From contig NC_068997.1 in the NCBI RefSeq assembly GCF_001194135.2, forward strand, positions 5,075,643-5,139,642: DNA of 64,000 bases, written 5' to 3'. Below, in pieces: positions 1 to 13,814 of the stretch (position 1 is its first letter; each line of letters starts with the position of its first letter). This DNA is from Octopus bimaculoides. Its lineage: Eukaryota. The position numbers were made by a program, and so were the translations under genes. The notes beneath the pieces were generated by a model. It worked only from the letters and a program-made list of their open reading frames with translations. It had not been told where the DNA came from and did not search any database.

Positions 1-308
1 CACACACATACATATATCATTATCGTCATCATCTTGAAAAACTCCAGTATATATATCTGTATATATATATTATATATATATATTAAGTGTCCACCCTCAC
101 TTACAGTTATTATAGATGTGGGTATGTTTGTTTGTGTGCATGAGTGAGTGAATATATGTGTGAGAGCATGCTCTGTGTGTGTGTGTGTTATTGAATGCCT
201 GTGTGTGAGTAACGGTGTGTGTGAGTGTGTGTTATTTGTGTGTCTGTGTGTACATGATTGAATGCATGTGTGTGAGTGAAGGTCTATGTGTGAGTACATG
301 TTGTGCGT

Positions 309-354
<46 letters not shown>

Positions 355-851
355 GCTGTCATGGGAAAATGTTTACAAACTGGAACAAAAGAAATTCTGT
401 AATTTTATCTGAAAACTGAGAAGACATTTTATATTTTTGTTACGTTTAAATCACCCAGACTGTTGGTGTAGAGTATAAATGTACAGGGTGGGGTAGTGCA
501 TATGTGGTGTATGTTATAGTATGGCAAAGTGTATGGTATGATGTATGGTGTAAAGTATGGTTATGTTATGTGTATAATGCATGGTATGGTGTCATGTGGT
601 ATGATGCTTTATAAACTTGCGAGTGTGGGACTGCAACCTGCATGTTGTTGTTGTTGTTAATGTTGGAGCAGATTTCCTAATGAAGTTGCAGTTAGACCAT
701 CGACCAGCTAATACCGGTTTTTAAAAACAAATTTGCTATCTTATTATTCTGGGCTCAAATCTGATGAAAGCACCAAATTTGTCATTTCATTTCTTCTCAC
801 TCAGATTAAAGAGATATCTAACAGCAATACATTAAATAAGATAGCAAGTTG

Positions 852-1070
852 TACGTTAAGAGTACATAGTACTTAATAAAGGATAACCTGCAGTTAGTTA
901 AGAGTACCCAGCAGGTAATTAAGGGTATCCTGTAGTTAGTTAAGAGTACCCACTAGTTTGTTAAATGCATCCAATAATTAGTTAAGGGTTACTGTAGCCA
1001 GTAGTTTAAGAGTACCTTGTGGTTAGTTAAAGGTACCCAGTAGTCAGTTACGGGTACCTAGTAGTTAATT
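852..1070. repeat. Degenerate 21-bp minisatellite (~10 units)
   Basis: Consensus approximately tagttaagagtacccagtagt. Confidence 0.75.
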
Positions 1071-1575
1071 AATGGCTGGGCTCATCCCAGAGTATTCAGT
1101 GCCCTAGGCCAACCCTACAATGTGCACCCCCTTCTCTCAATGCAACATTGTGTGTCCCTTCTCCAATATTTTTCTACAACTCCCTCCATCCATCTCCTTT
1201 TTGTACACTTTTGCATCAACATGTGTATGAGTGAGTAAATTTCTGGAAAAATTTGAAATGTTACATGGAAATCATGTGACCACTCATAACATTACACAAC
1301 CCTTGTTTTCTCAACCTACCCATCCATGCCCTCTATTTCAGAAATGACTGACCTACACCCTTTTTTACTAAGTTTTCATGCTTTAAGTCAGATTAAGAAA
1401 CCTTGTCCAAGTCGTTCAGTATTTAGCCTGGTTGAAATAACCAGTTATTAATTTTACAAGGTTAACCACCACTTAACATTATAAAACCACCCACTGGTTA
1501 CTCTTAAATAGATACAGGTTGCCCTTAACTAACTATTGATTACTCTAACCTGACAGTTAAATTGCTGTTAATATA

Positions 1576-1792
1576 CAAGGGGGTGCTGAAAAGTTCCTGG
1601 CTTTGGGTAATAGAAAATACAGGTGGAGCAGTTAATTATGATTTTATTTAACATATTCCCCTCTGAGATTCGCACAATTATTGCAGCAGTCCTTCAGTTT
1701 TCTAAGCCCTGTAGAAGAACTCAGGAGGTTGGGCCTCCAACCAAGCCTTTTGCAATACCCTTAAAGCCAGGGATTTTTTAGCCCCCTCATGG
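1576..1792. mobile_element. Mariner-type MITE
   Basis: TA-CAAGGGGGTGCTGAAAAGTTCCTGGCTTT ... AAAGCCAGGGATTTTTTAGCCCCCTC imperfect ~30 bp TIRs; no ORF. Confidence 0.7.
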
Positions 1793-1837
1793 TATAGGAA
1801 TAATTACTTAAGGATATTTAATTAAGTGATCTATAGT

Positions 1838-1968
1838 TTACTAACTGACCTGTGGTTTATATTTTACCAGTGGTTTATATTTGTCTGACTAACCAGTGTT
1901 TAATATTTAATTAACTAACCAGTGGTGTATATTTAACTAATTAACCAGTAGTTTACTTTTAACTATAT
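1838..1968. repeat. Degenerate ~24-bp minisatellite
   Basis: Consensus approximately taactaaccagtggtttatattt, about 5 units. Confidence 0.65.
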
Positions 1969-3183
1969 TGTGAGTCTTTGTAATCACTTGAGTTGGTCTT
2001 TAAGACGTTTTCATGAGTCATTTCAGGGAGTTTTTGAATATGTAAGTGCAAATTAATTTGAATATATATTTGTGTGTGCGTGTATGAATGTGCGTATCTC
2101 CTGTAATGTGTGTACATATTTTTTCGTACACGAATCTGTCTAATTACATTTTATGAATGTTAGTTTCTATACATGAGATGAATTGCTTGTTGCTTTTGAT
2201 AGTGTGTATTTTTGTTGTTCAGTCAACTGAATATCTAACTTGTAAATTTATTTTATGTATAATTGGCTGAATATTCCACACACATGTACTGTTAATATAT
2301 TTCACAAGCTATATCAGTGTGACAATCCATATGACTGAACATTTGAATTAAAGGTATGATCCATTCAACCGGCATCCATGTCATTTCCATGAACTTAGTT
2401 TCATTCACAAGGTTTCAATCAACTGTAGACACTTAAAAATACAATGTCCAAGAACCAAGTCAATAAAATTGAACTTACAACCTCATGATTTCAAAGCAAA
2501 TATCTTAATCTTTGAATATGCCATCAATACTTTTGTGTTTGTGTGTGTATATATATATATACCATAAGTACATCTGTGACTGTGTATATGGACCATAAGT
2601 CTACTTGCTTGCACGTATATACTATCAATGCATATATGATTGTATGTATATACTATATGCTCATATGTGGTTGTGTATATGTGTTCATTATAGGTAACTC
2701 AAACAGAGAATCTATATTCCATATTTTCCAGCATACAGTTCAGTGTAGTATATAGTGTAAACATGTAGTGTAAACAATTAAACATTGTCACTATCTTTGC
2801 AAATCATACTGCATTTCACATGGAATTTATTTGGTCCTAAAATATTTGTCTTTGTGTATAGATTGACCTACCTTTTTTAGCTGTAAATTTTGGTCTGAAA
2901 AGTTTGACTTGTATGCCAGAAAATACAGTAATATTTTATAAATGTTCAATGTATCACTAATCATTGACTTGAAGGATGTGAACCCATCAGATTTATTCTT
3001 TCTTGAAAAACTCCAGTATTTTCCAACTTTTATGTAAATTTGTTACACAGCACAGTTCACCTGTGATAATTAAGCTAACTGCAAATCTTTATCCTACATA
3101 CAAAAACTGGAAGTTCTACATTAATTCACCATAAATATTTTTGAACTTTAGAGAAGGTATACACATCATGTATATACATATAT

Positions 3184-3226
<43 letters not shown>

Positions 3227-3582
3227 NNNNNNNNNNNNNNNNNNNNNNNNNNNNNNNNNNNNNNNNNNNNNNNNNNNNNNNNNNNNNNNNNNNNNNNNNN
3301 NNNNNNNNNNNNNNNNNNNNNNNNNNNNNNNNNNNNNNNNNNNNNNNNNNNNNNNNNNNNNNNNNNNNNNNNNNNNNNNNNNNNNNNNNNNNNNNNNNNN
3401 NNNNNNNNNNNNNNNNNNNNNNNNNNNNNNNNNNNNNNNNNNNNNNNNNNNNNNNNNNNNNNNNNNNNNNNNNNNNNNNNNNNNNNNNNNNNNNNNNNNN
3501 NNNNNNNNNNNNNNNNNNNNNNNNNNNNNNNNNNNNNNNNNNNNNNNNNNNNNNNNNNNNNNNNNNNNNNNNNNNNNNNNNN

Positions 3583-3870
3583 CACAAGCCAGTCCAGGGG
3601 CACTGGCAACGATCTCGCTCGAAAATCCTACGGGAGCCAGTCAAGCGGTACTGGCAACGGCCACACTCAAAATGGTGCATCTCATGTGCCACCCGCACAA
3701 GAGCCAGTCCAGGGGCACTGGCAATGATCTTACTTGGCTTGCCGGGTCTTCTCACGCACAGCACATTTCCAAAGGTCTCGGTCAGTAGTCATTGCCTCGG
3801 TGAGGCCCAATGTACGAAGGTCTTGCCTCACCACCTCAGCCCAGGTCTTTCTGGGCCTACCTCTTCCACG
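3583..3870 (-). mobile_element. RTE-clade LINE 3' fragment
   Basis: RGRGRPRKTWAEVVRQDLRTLGLTEAMTTDRDLWKCAVREKTRQAK* followed by a hairpin-rich 3' UTR; truncated by a gap. Confidence 0.8.
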
Positions 3871-5004
3871 GGTATATATATATATACATATACACACACA
3901 CATACATATATATGTGTGTGTGTGTGTATACACACATACACACGCACATACATATATGTTGTGTGTGTGTTGATGGATGCATGCATGCATGGATAAATGA
4001 GTAGATAAATGGATGGATGTATACATCATGTATTCCAAATCAAAATATGGATTTAGACTTGTTTAAAAATTATTTTTGCTTAAAACTCCTTATGCTTACA
4101 ACATCAGATCACTCGATCCCACAGTCAAATCTCACTTAAATTATTCCCTACTATCTGTTTTGTATTTGTATTTTGTTTTTTTTTTAAATAGGAGGAAAGA
4201 GGATACAGAGGAATATCTGTAATCATAGAGAGGATAGTCATAACTGGAACCCATTTCATTATAGGTCTACTAGATCACAACTGACCTTTCCTTTTTGTAT
4301 TTAGTAAAAATGTTTCTATCTTTAGCATAGAAGTACCTTCTTCCATTCACCTCTCTGATACATTACAAGAATTGAGCTCAAGTATTGAGGTGACTGGTCC
4401 TATATTTTATTGAATCTTGAAGGATGAAAGGTAGAGTTCATCTCAGCAGGATTTGAACTCAGAACAAAAAAAAAACTGAAATTGAATTATTCTAGCATTT
4501 TGTCTGATGCACAGATAATTATGCCAACTCATTACCTAAAATTTATTAAGTAAGAGCAGGGTTTTTCAAAGTACTGACAGTTGATTCTTTACTCAAGCTT
4601 CATGATATTAGATAATAGAAGATGAATCCTACCCCACCACCCCTTGATAAGATAGATATTAGTCTATCAGAAGCCACATTCCTTAGTAATCTAGTTGTAC
4701 ATGTTCCTAACAATGTACAACTAGATTACTAACACAGCATTGCAAACTAACAGAGTTGACTGAAGTAATGATGAATTAAGTAAACAAGCTCAGATAGACA
4801 CTGAATTACCAGTAATGGAGTTGAACCTAAAACCCATGAACTAGCTCTATATAACCAAACACCTTATCCATTCAGCCATGTTGCTTCTCTGAAGACATTT
4901 CATTATGACTGGTCCAAGCCACAAACATATGATACTGTACAATTCATTATGAAAACACCCAAACATTGTGCAGTTCTCAGAGTATTTTGTCAGCTGGCAG
5001 TCAC

Positions 5005-5117
5005 TTGGTCCAACTCTGTTACAGCATGTAACAAAGTTGGTCCAACTCTGTTACAGCATGTAACAAAGTTGGTCCAACTCTGTTACAGCATGTAACAAAG
5101 TTGGTCCAACTCTGTTA
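5005..5117. repeat. Perfect 32-bp tandem repeat x3.5 with a palindromic unit
   Basis: Unit ttggtccaactctgttacagcatgtaacaaag at 5005, 5037, 5069 and partially at 5101. Confidence 0.97.
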
Positions 5118-5385
5118 GTTTGCAATGCTGTGTTCAAGACTTGTCAAGAGTATATGACTTCAACCAAGAGGAGCCAAGCTCCATTTTGGTTCACTTGCCC
5201 ATGATACATGACACCTATAAGACCAGGATACTGATTTCAGTCACACCTATAAGACCCTGTGGATTTGTGGATTTGTCATAGATGAATATAGATTAACACA
5301 CATATACATGCATACACATACATATTCATACAAACACATGCACATATACTTATACATGCACAAATATACACACATACTAAAAGAA

Positions 5386-5705
5386 AAACTGGCACTCCGT
5401 CGCTTACGATGACAAGGCTTCCAGTTGATCCAATCAACAGAACAGCTTGCTAGTGAGATTAATGTGCAAGTGGCTGAGCACTCCACAGACACGTATATCC
5501 CTTCACATACTTCTCAGGGAGATTGAACATGACACAGAGTGCGACAAAGCTGGTCCCTTGACATACAGGTACTACTTATTTTTGCCAGCTGAGTGGACTG
5601 GAGCACCATGAAATAAAGTATCTTGTTCAAAGACACAACACGCCACCAGGAATCAAATTTGCGACCCTATAATCATGAGCCAAATACCCTAACCATTAAG
5701 CTACA
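5386..5705 (-). mobile_element. tRNA-derived SINE family C (second copy at about 36375-36705 -)
   Basis: On -: gtagcttaatggttagg...ttgattcctgg head, then ttgtgtc.ttga.caag.actttatttca...ctccagtccactcagctg, shared by both copies. Confidence 0.75.
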
Positions 5706-6645
5706 CATACAAACATGCCTTATACCACTCGACAGCACGGCAGAGAAAACAAAAAAGTGCTTTCAAGTCCTCAACAAACAAATGGTGTGCACACACACAC
5801 ATACATGAATGCATGCACACATTTGCAAGGAATAGGTTTCATTAGATTGCCTTGGCCTAAATGTTATACATTAACTTAGATATCTGACTTAAGTTCCTGT
5901 CAACAATATTCCCAGCCAGCTTTAAATTACCAACAATTCCATCACCACCGACACCACCAACACCATCACAACACCATTGCCACCGGCATCACAACCACTA
6001 CCTAATATGTCCCTTCTTTGTTCTGTGGACTCTGGGTTTAGCTTGTGTGCCCTCACCCTTTGACCCTGCAGTTCTTGCCTCAAGTCCAGTCATTTACGTT
6101 TCATGATTTACTTATTGCCTGCATTACATTTCAAACTTTCTACAATGCCTCCTCCTCCTCCTCCTCCTCTTGCTGTTGCTACTATAGCTGCTGCTGCTGC
6201 TAATACTTGTCCTTTAAGGTGGTCATTGTAAGAATGCTTTCGCTCATAAGGTTGTTCAGTCAGAGCTGACTTGGAGTTAAACTACTACTATTACTTCCAC
6301 CACCACCACTATTTTTCAAGCCTGTCCTCAATTCTATAGACATATGTATCTGTTCCAGTGATGCATGAAGTACACCAGAAACAGTGGTTTTAATATCACA
6401 CTAGACTCCATTATATACTTACCAACTTACGCTCAGTAAATTGTATCAAATAGCCACTTATGTCACTCTTACAATCACAAACTGGGCTCATTTTGCAATG
6501 CTTAATCATGGTTTACGTAACTGCTGCTGCTGCTGCTAAGATTAAAAGGTGGTCTGTATGCAAGAGTGTAGGGAATGCAGGGATTTTACAGACGGTTGGA
6601 CAGATATTGTGTATTTGGCAGTCATGTGTACTGTGGCCTTGTGCA

Positions 6646-6681
<36 letters not shown>

Positions 6682-6700
6682 NNNNNNNNNNNNNNNNNNN

Positions 6701-6752
<52 letters not shown>

Positions 6753-6889
6753 GGCATGGTTATGTAGTAAAGAAGCTTGCTTTCCAACCAAACCTGTGTG
6801 GTATCTTGGGCAAGTGTCTTCTACCATAGTCCCAGGCTGACCAAATTCTTGTAAGTAGATCTGGTGGGCAGTAACTAAAAGCCAATCAT

Positions 6890-6925
<36 letters not shown>

Positions 6926-7487
6926 ATGTGCTTGTGTGTATCCTTCTCCAGACATCACATGATGTTTGTAAAGTAGCATCATCATCACACAAGTGAGGTT
7001 GTTCATTTCCAGTCTTCCGTAAAATCATAACTGACCATGGGGAAATATTAGCTTGCTTGGAAACAGGTGAAGGTTGGTGAAAGGAAGAGCATCTGGCTGT
7101 TGAATTTCTACATCAGCAAATTCATCCAACACATGCAATCATGGAAAACCAATGATGATGATGATGATAATCATCATCATCATTTTATGCCTGTTTTGCA
7201 TACTAGCATGAATTAGATATTTTGATTGGTCAGAGGACCGAGTCTTAATCCGGAGACTTGGTTTTGGTACAGTTTCTATGATTCAGTGCCTTGTTTTTTA
7301 ACACCAACCACCTTACAGAGTGTACTGGATGCATTTTTTTGTGGCACCAGCACAATAGAAGTTGCCTTGTTCTTAGCAGGACTAAAGAATCCTTTCAAAT
7401 CTTATGTTGTTTCTGATCAATTTCCCTACTACTTTACACATAGTTTTACATGTCTCTAGACGTAGGAAGGTGGATTTGTAACTGTAA

Positions 7488-7522
<35 letters not shown>

Positions 7523-7790
7523 GTATATATATATATATTCACACATGAATACATACATACATACATACATGTAGGTAACTTCCAATTGCTGTTTAAACCA
7601 CTGCTTAAAACTAGTGTTGTATTTATATTATATCCCTTTATATTCCATATCTTAAATATTCCTTAAATACAGACCCAGAAGGTAAGTGGCAGACTTATGT
7701 GCAAGGATCAATATTATTGCCTAAACCCTTCTGGGTAGTGTTTCAGGATGGTCGCAGTTCAGTGACTGAAATTATTAAAAGAACAAAAGA

Positions 7791-7821
<31 letters not shown>

Positions 7822-8044
7822 TATATATATATACAGTTAGGCTGAAAACAACTCTATGACATAAGCTTATTAAAAGCTAGCTTACAATTTGAACATTTAT
7901 CATAACTGTAGTAAATGAATATGATTGTGTATATTGTTACAATATTTTCTGATGTAATACATATATTTTCTGAAAATCTTTTTAGTTAACCATGATATTT
8001 CTTTATTACAAATAACAGTACAGTAACTTTATGAACACCCTGTA

Positions 8045-8082
<38 letters not shown>

Positions 8083-8114
8083 CATATATATATATATGTG
8101 TGTGTGTATGTGTG

Positions 8115-8180
<66 letters not shown>

Positions 8181-8204
8181 TATATGGGTACAGGATGTCA
8201 CAAA

Positions 8205-8470
8205 CAGTAAACAACATGAAATATAAAAACAAATGAGTTGAATACACAAACAACGAGAGAGACAAATAGAAAACAGGACAAGTAACATAAAGAACGACCC
8301 TTCATCAGCTGTCAGCTGCCCATCTACTCCTCACTTCGAGCACTGAACAACACTATGAGTCTTCGAAGGCAGATGCTCCCACAAATATTAAAATAAAATT
8401 TGGAATTTGTGGCGGGTCAAAGTTGGAAACAAAAACAGGACAGTGGAGACATACAAGGAAATTCCACAAA
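8205..8470 (-). mobile_element. Probable Penelope-like terminal remnant
   Basis: CTGATGAAG on - at 8300-8308 followed by a U-rich tail ending in (TA)n; similar layout at 40300-40560. Confidence 0.4.
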
Positions 8471-8852
8471 TCTAATATACATATACAGGAGTGGCTATGT
8501 GGTAAGTAGCTTGCTTACCAACCACATGGTTCAGTCCCACAGCATGGCATGTTGAGCAAGTATCTTCTACTATAGCCTCAAGCTCACCGAAGCCCTGTGA
8601 GTGGATTTGGTAGACGGTAACTGAAAGAATCCTGTGTATATATATGTGTGTGTTTGTGTGTCTGTACTTGTCTCCCCACCATCGTTTGACAACTGATGTT
8701 GATGTGTTTATGTCCCCCATAACTTAGCAGTTCAGCAAAAGAGACTGATAAAATAAGTACTAGGCTTACAAAGAATAAGTCTTGGGGTTAATTTGTTTGA
8801 CTAAAGGCAGTGCTCCAGCATGGGTGCAGTCAAATGACTGAAACAAATAAAA

Positions 8853-8910
<58 letters not shown>

Positions 8911-8953
8911 AATGTATGTATATGTGTGTATGTATATATATATATATATACAC

Positions 8954-8987
<34 letters not shown>

Positions 8988-9130
8988 ATATATACATATA
9001 CACACACACAAATATATGTATATGTAATACATGTGTGTGTATGTGTATCTATGCATATTGGCCCCCTGATAATTAATCGATATTAATTAATATATTAATA
9101 TATGAATAATTACCAGATCTTATAATAATC

Positions 9131-9164
<34 letters not shown>

Positions 9165-9502
9165 ATACACACACACTCACACACACACATATATGTACTC
9201 AGACATATACACATGCGCATACATATACATACTACAAACACTCTTTTACAGTTTGTCGAACAGCCCCACCCACGCTGCCATGGATGATGGTTGTTAAAAG
9301 ATGATAATGATTATGATGATATATATATACTTTTCTCTTAGTATTTCATAATATTGACTTAAATTCCTGTATATTATTGTTGTTATTGTTATCATTATTA
9401 TTATTTATTGTTGTAGTTCTAGTTAGTGTTATTATTACTGTTTACAAAATTCCACAAATCTAATAATTAGCTTATTGACACCACTTCAAAGAACATTACA
9501 TC

Positions 9503-9542
<40 letters not shown>

Positions 9543-10929
9543 AAAGGGAGAAAAGCATTGGAATGTCTTTGTATGAAATATTCTATAATATAGATTTAAT
9601 TTAGGGGATAATAGCTCATAGAAAGACACAGAACACACACATTTATACATGATAATGTGTGTGTATTATATCAGTGTCAGTAGCAGCATTTTATATTTGT
9701 TTTCCATCCTGGCAGGATTTGGGAATTTTTAGTTTTCCTAAAACAGTGTTTTACAGTTGGATGCCCTTCTTATTACCAACTCTTTTAGCCTTCACTTACC
9801 ACCTTTTCTTGTATTCCCTGTTTTATGTCATCTGTATGTCATGAGGGATAGCATAGGACATAAGCAAATTTCTACCACCCACCTCATCATTCCTCCTCTC
9901 TCACCATTACAAGACCTATATATAAGAGATTGCATCTTATCAGTTTCCGTTCAGTACACTCTACCATCACCCTTTTTTATTGTCAGCCATCACTCACTCT
10001 TACCATTCTCCACATTTTTAACTATCAATCACTGTCTCTCCACCATTAACAAGGCCTGTATATGAGGGACTGCGTCTGATCAGTTTCTACCTATCAGCCT
10101 ATCATCAACCTTTCTGTATTGCCAATCTTACCATTCTCTACATCTTTTACTATCCATCACTCTCTCTACTCCTCCTCTTCTTCCTCCTCCTCCTCTCCTC
10201 CTCCACCACCACCACCCTCTCACCAATCATTCTGTTTCTACCATCATACTCTTGTTCCCTTCCTCCACCTATGCTGGTTCATCTTCTTTCATCAAAGTCT
10301 CTTCTATTCATCATCTCAAAGATATTACCTTGAACGAATGTACGCATCATGGGGAGCTAGAAACTCTGTATTCATACAAGGTACGTGGCAACCTCACTAA
10401 CTCTGATGCTGTGATAAAACACTTCCAGTTATACTCTGTAAAACAGCTGCCTAGCACCAACCATTTTAAAGAGTGTACTGAATGCATTTCATCAGCACCT
10501 CTCAGAAGTCCTGCAGCACCTCTCAGAAGGCAGTGACTTACAATTAGAACTGGCCTACGGTGACGACCATTCAACCTACACTAACATGAGAGCAGGGAGA
10601 GGGAGAGAAACAGAGAGAGAGACAGATAAACAAATGAATACATAGAGTCCTATTTTCCAAATAACATTTCGTCACTGAATGCATGACTAACTATGTTATG
10701 CACCAATGAGAAGGAGTTTCAAATGTCTTTTATCTAATTGTCAGAAGGTAACTCTGTGTGTGTGTGTGTGTGTGTGTTGATGTATGTGTTGGTGTGTGTG
10801 TGTGTGTGTGTTGATGTATGTGTTAGTGTGTGTGTGTTGATGTATGTGTTAGTGTGTGTGTGTGTTGATGTATGTGTTAGTGTGTGTGTGTGTACACGTA
10901 AAGAAAGCTATGACAATGTATATATATAT

Positions 10930-11205
10930 ATATTTATACACAGACAATTTTGAACAAATTTTCAAACATATGTATCAAAATATATTCATAAAAGGTGGAG
11001 TAAGTATACATGAGGAAATATCTCTGAATGACAGTGCCACCATACTATGGAAGATGGTAATCTACAGAGACCAAAAAATCATGTTTAAATGGACAGATGT
11101 TACTGATAAGGATCACAAGGAAAGAAGGTGGCTTCTAACAGAAATATCAATCCCAACACATTACACAGAATCTCTCAAAGCAATGGAGACATTACTAAAT
11201 TGATC
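10930..11205 (+). mobile_element. Relic of the restriction-like endonuclease (RLE) domain of an R4/Dong/NeSL-type non-LTR retrotransposon
   Basis: SLNDSATILWKMVIYRDQKIMFKWTDVTDKDHKERRWLLTEISIP resembles the recalled consensus ENDxATILWDxxIxTDRxIxANRPDIVVKDxKxxxCxLIDxSIP. Confidence 0.65.
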
Positions 11206-11517
11206 ACAGATTCTGGAAGTAAAATGTCACTGTTAAGTACTACAGTTGAGGTAATAGATTTGATCCCACCTCTCAAGATTGCTAGCCTTATGCCAGAATT
11301 AGAAAGAATTATTATTATGATATCTGGTAGAATTGTTAGTGTTGAATGAAATGCCTCATGGTTTTGTTTTTTACCAACTCTTTGTATTTAGAATTCAAAT
11401 CATGCCACAACCAACAGTCAAGGATTGGGATCACTGTAATCGTCTAACCCCTCCCGCTAAAATTTCTGACCTTGTGCCAAAATTAGAAAGAATTATTATT
11501 ATTATTATTATTATTAT

Positions 11518-11564
<47 letters not shown>

Positions 11565-11743
11565 TAATTATTATTATTATTATTTTGTCCATCTTTATGT
11601 TCTGATTTCAAATTTCACTGAGGTCGACTTTGCCTTTCATCCTTTTGGGGTCAATAAATTAAGCACCAGTGAAACACTGGGGTCGATGTGATTGACTTAC
11701 CCTCTCCCCACAAATTTCAGGCTTTGTGCCTACAATAGAAAGG

Positions 11744-11800
<57 letters not shown>

Positions 11801-12329
11801 TGGCTTGGCAGAGTAATCCAATATCTTTGAGATTCTAGGTTGCCTTGGTAGTTGTCCCCATACTGGCGCCATTATATTCAATGTATAGGTGGGGTTTGTA
11901 GTGAATCATACCTGTTTTCATTACCCAATAAATAGGATAGTTCTGGCTAAAATACCTTTAATTGTAATATCAGCTCAAACAGGACTGATCTGACACCAAA
12001 CAATCTTTCTCATGTAACAGAATCCAACAGTGAATCCCTGCACTTGTCAAATGACATGCATATTATTCAAACCCATCCTACATGATCTGGGTGGTGCACT
12101 CACACTACTAATGTTCTCTTCACACGACATAAACTGTCATGCTTGATCACCTTCCAGGGTTATTTCCCCCTTCGTTTCGCTCTCCAATCAGCAAACATAA
12201 TAATGCTGTCATATATTTTCGTGATCTGTTTGTCTCTGTCAGGGTGAGGCACCACAATACAATGTTAAGCATTCAGTAGGGTGGAGTTATAGTTTTTGAA
12301 ATTCTGTTCTTAAAAGGGGTAAAACTTGT

Positions 12330-12405
12330 CCACATTGTCCCATCTCACCTTACACCACCACTTTGTCTCATCTCACCTTACACCACCACTTTGTCCCATC
12401 TCACC
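12330..12405. repeat. 28-bp tandem repeat x2.7
   Basis: ttgtc(c/t)catctcaccttacaccaccact starts at 12335, 12363 and 12391. Confidence 0.85.
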
Positions 12406-13814
12406 ATCTATTCTCTCTTGCCACAACAATCCTGAGTGTCATATCAAATGTAAGATGGAAAAACATATCTTCAGTGATTATTGCATTTTCCTAGAATATA
12501 GTTTATGTTTTTTTGATTGTTAAATTTTCCAATTAAGGAACACAAATATACCTTACAATCAGTGAACTCATTGATGAAAGTGGAGAGGTATGCAAGAGAG
12601 ATGTCATTTTACCTTTCAGTTCATTGAGGCGATGCTTGAAGCATCTAAACACCCTCTTTTTCAATCTCAATATCACAGATCATAGTATGGACAGTGAAAT
12701 AGGAACAATGAAATGTGAGTATGGAGCAATTGGCAGCCAGATAGGGATGGTGAGAGATAGACAGTGAGAGATGGACAATCAGCTAGGGATAGTGGGAGAT
12801 TGGATGGTAAGATATGGACAATGAGAGATGAATAGACAAAGATGAGTAGGGACAGATGGACAGTTAGAGATGAGCATTGAGTGATGGACTATCAGATAGG
12901 GATGGTGAGAAATAAACAGTCAGAGAGGACAGTGAAATGTTGACAGTGAGATGTGCATAGTGAGAGATGAGCAAGTATTAAATAGAAACAATCTGTGGCG
13001 GCTGAAAATAAATTAGCCACTTATTATTATCCCTAAGTTATACAGAATTAATGTAGGGCACAAATGAGCTGAGAGAATTGCTGAAGATTAAAGAAACCAG
13101 CCAAAGACTTGCAGAATAGATCTGCTGGAAGCCTATAACCTACAATGCTATTAATTACCAGTTATGATATAAGATATATAAATACATGATGATATATACT
13201 GTACAGGCATGTCCACACCTTCAAACACATGTTAGCTTGGACAATTAGTGCAGTGTATGGTGAGATAGATGCAAAGTGAGTGATAAAAGGAGGGAAAGCA
13301 ATGATTGAATTGATAGCAGGTGACACAAGACAATCTAGTTCTAAGAAGCAGAGATCACCGTAATAGCAATAGAAAAGGCAAAGAGAAAACACAGCATATC
13401 CTTGGGCCAGATGTTGGAGTAAGTTGTTGAATGCCAAACCATTGTGGGTAGGAAGCAAGGATTCTGGATGAAGTCCAAGATGTTCAGATATGCAGCAGCA
13501 GCACCATCATAGACACAGGAGAAAAGCTGCTTACTATTATAGATCTCACTAGACTTTTACAGAGAATTAGCAACTGCTGGGAGCTGAAGTATTTTTTGGT
13601 TGTGAAAAAGGTCATTCATTGAGGGCACCTTGTATTTAATGGCAACCTATATCCCTTTGCTGGATGGAAGTCTTCACTTTGCTGCTTGGTACAGAGGATA
13701 TTGTGAGAATGTTTTGGGAATATCATATATACACATTCAACATTTACAACAAAGCAACAAGTGACAAATACAAAACACATCTTTTATACACACCAGCAGC
13801 TTTACAATCACAAG

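Noticed and set aside
5005-5117. CRISPR array (32-bp palindromic repeats)
   Set aside because: No spacers, no cas genes, eukaryotic context.
10300-10480. CR1/L2 LINE 3' end
   Set aside because: Only faint similarity; too degraded to support.
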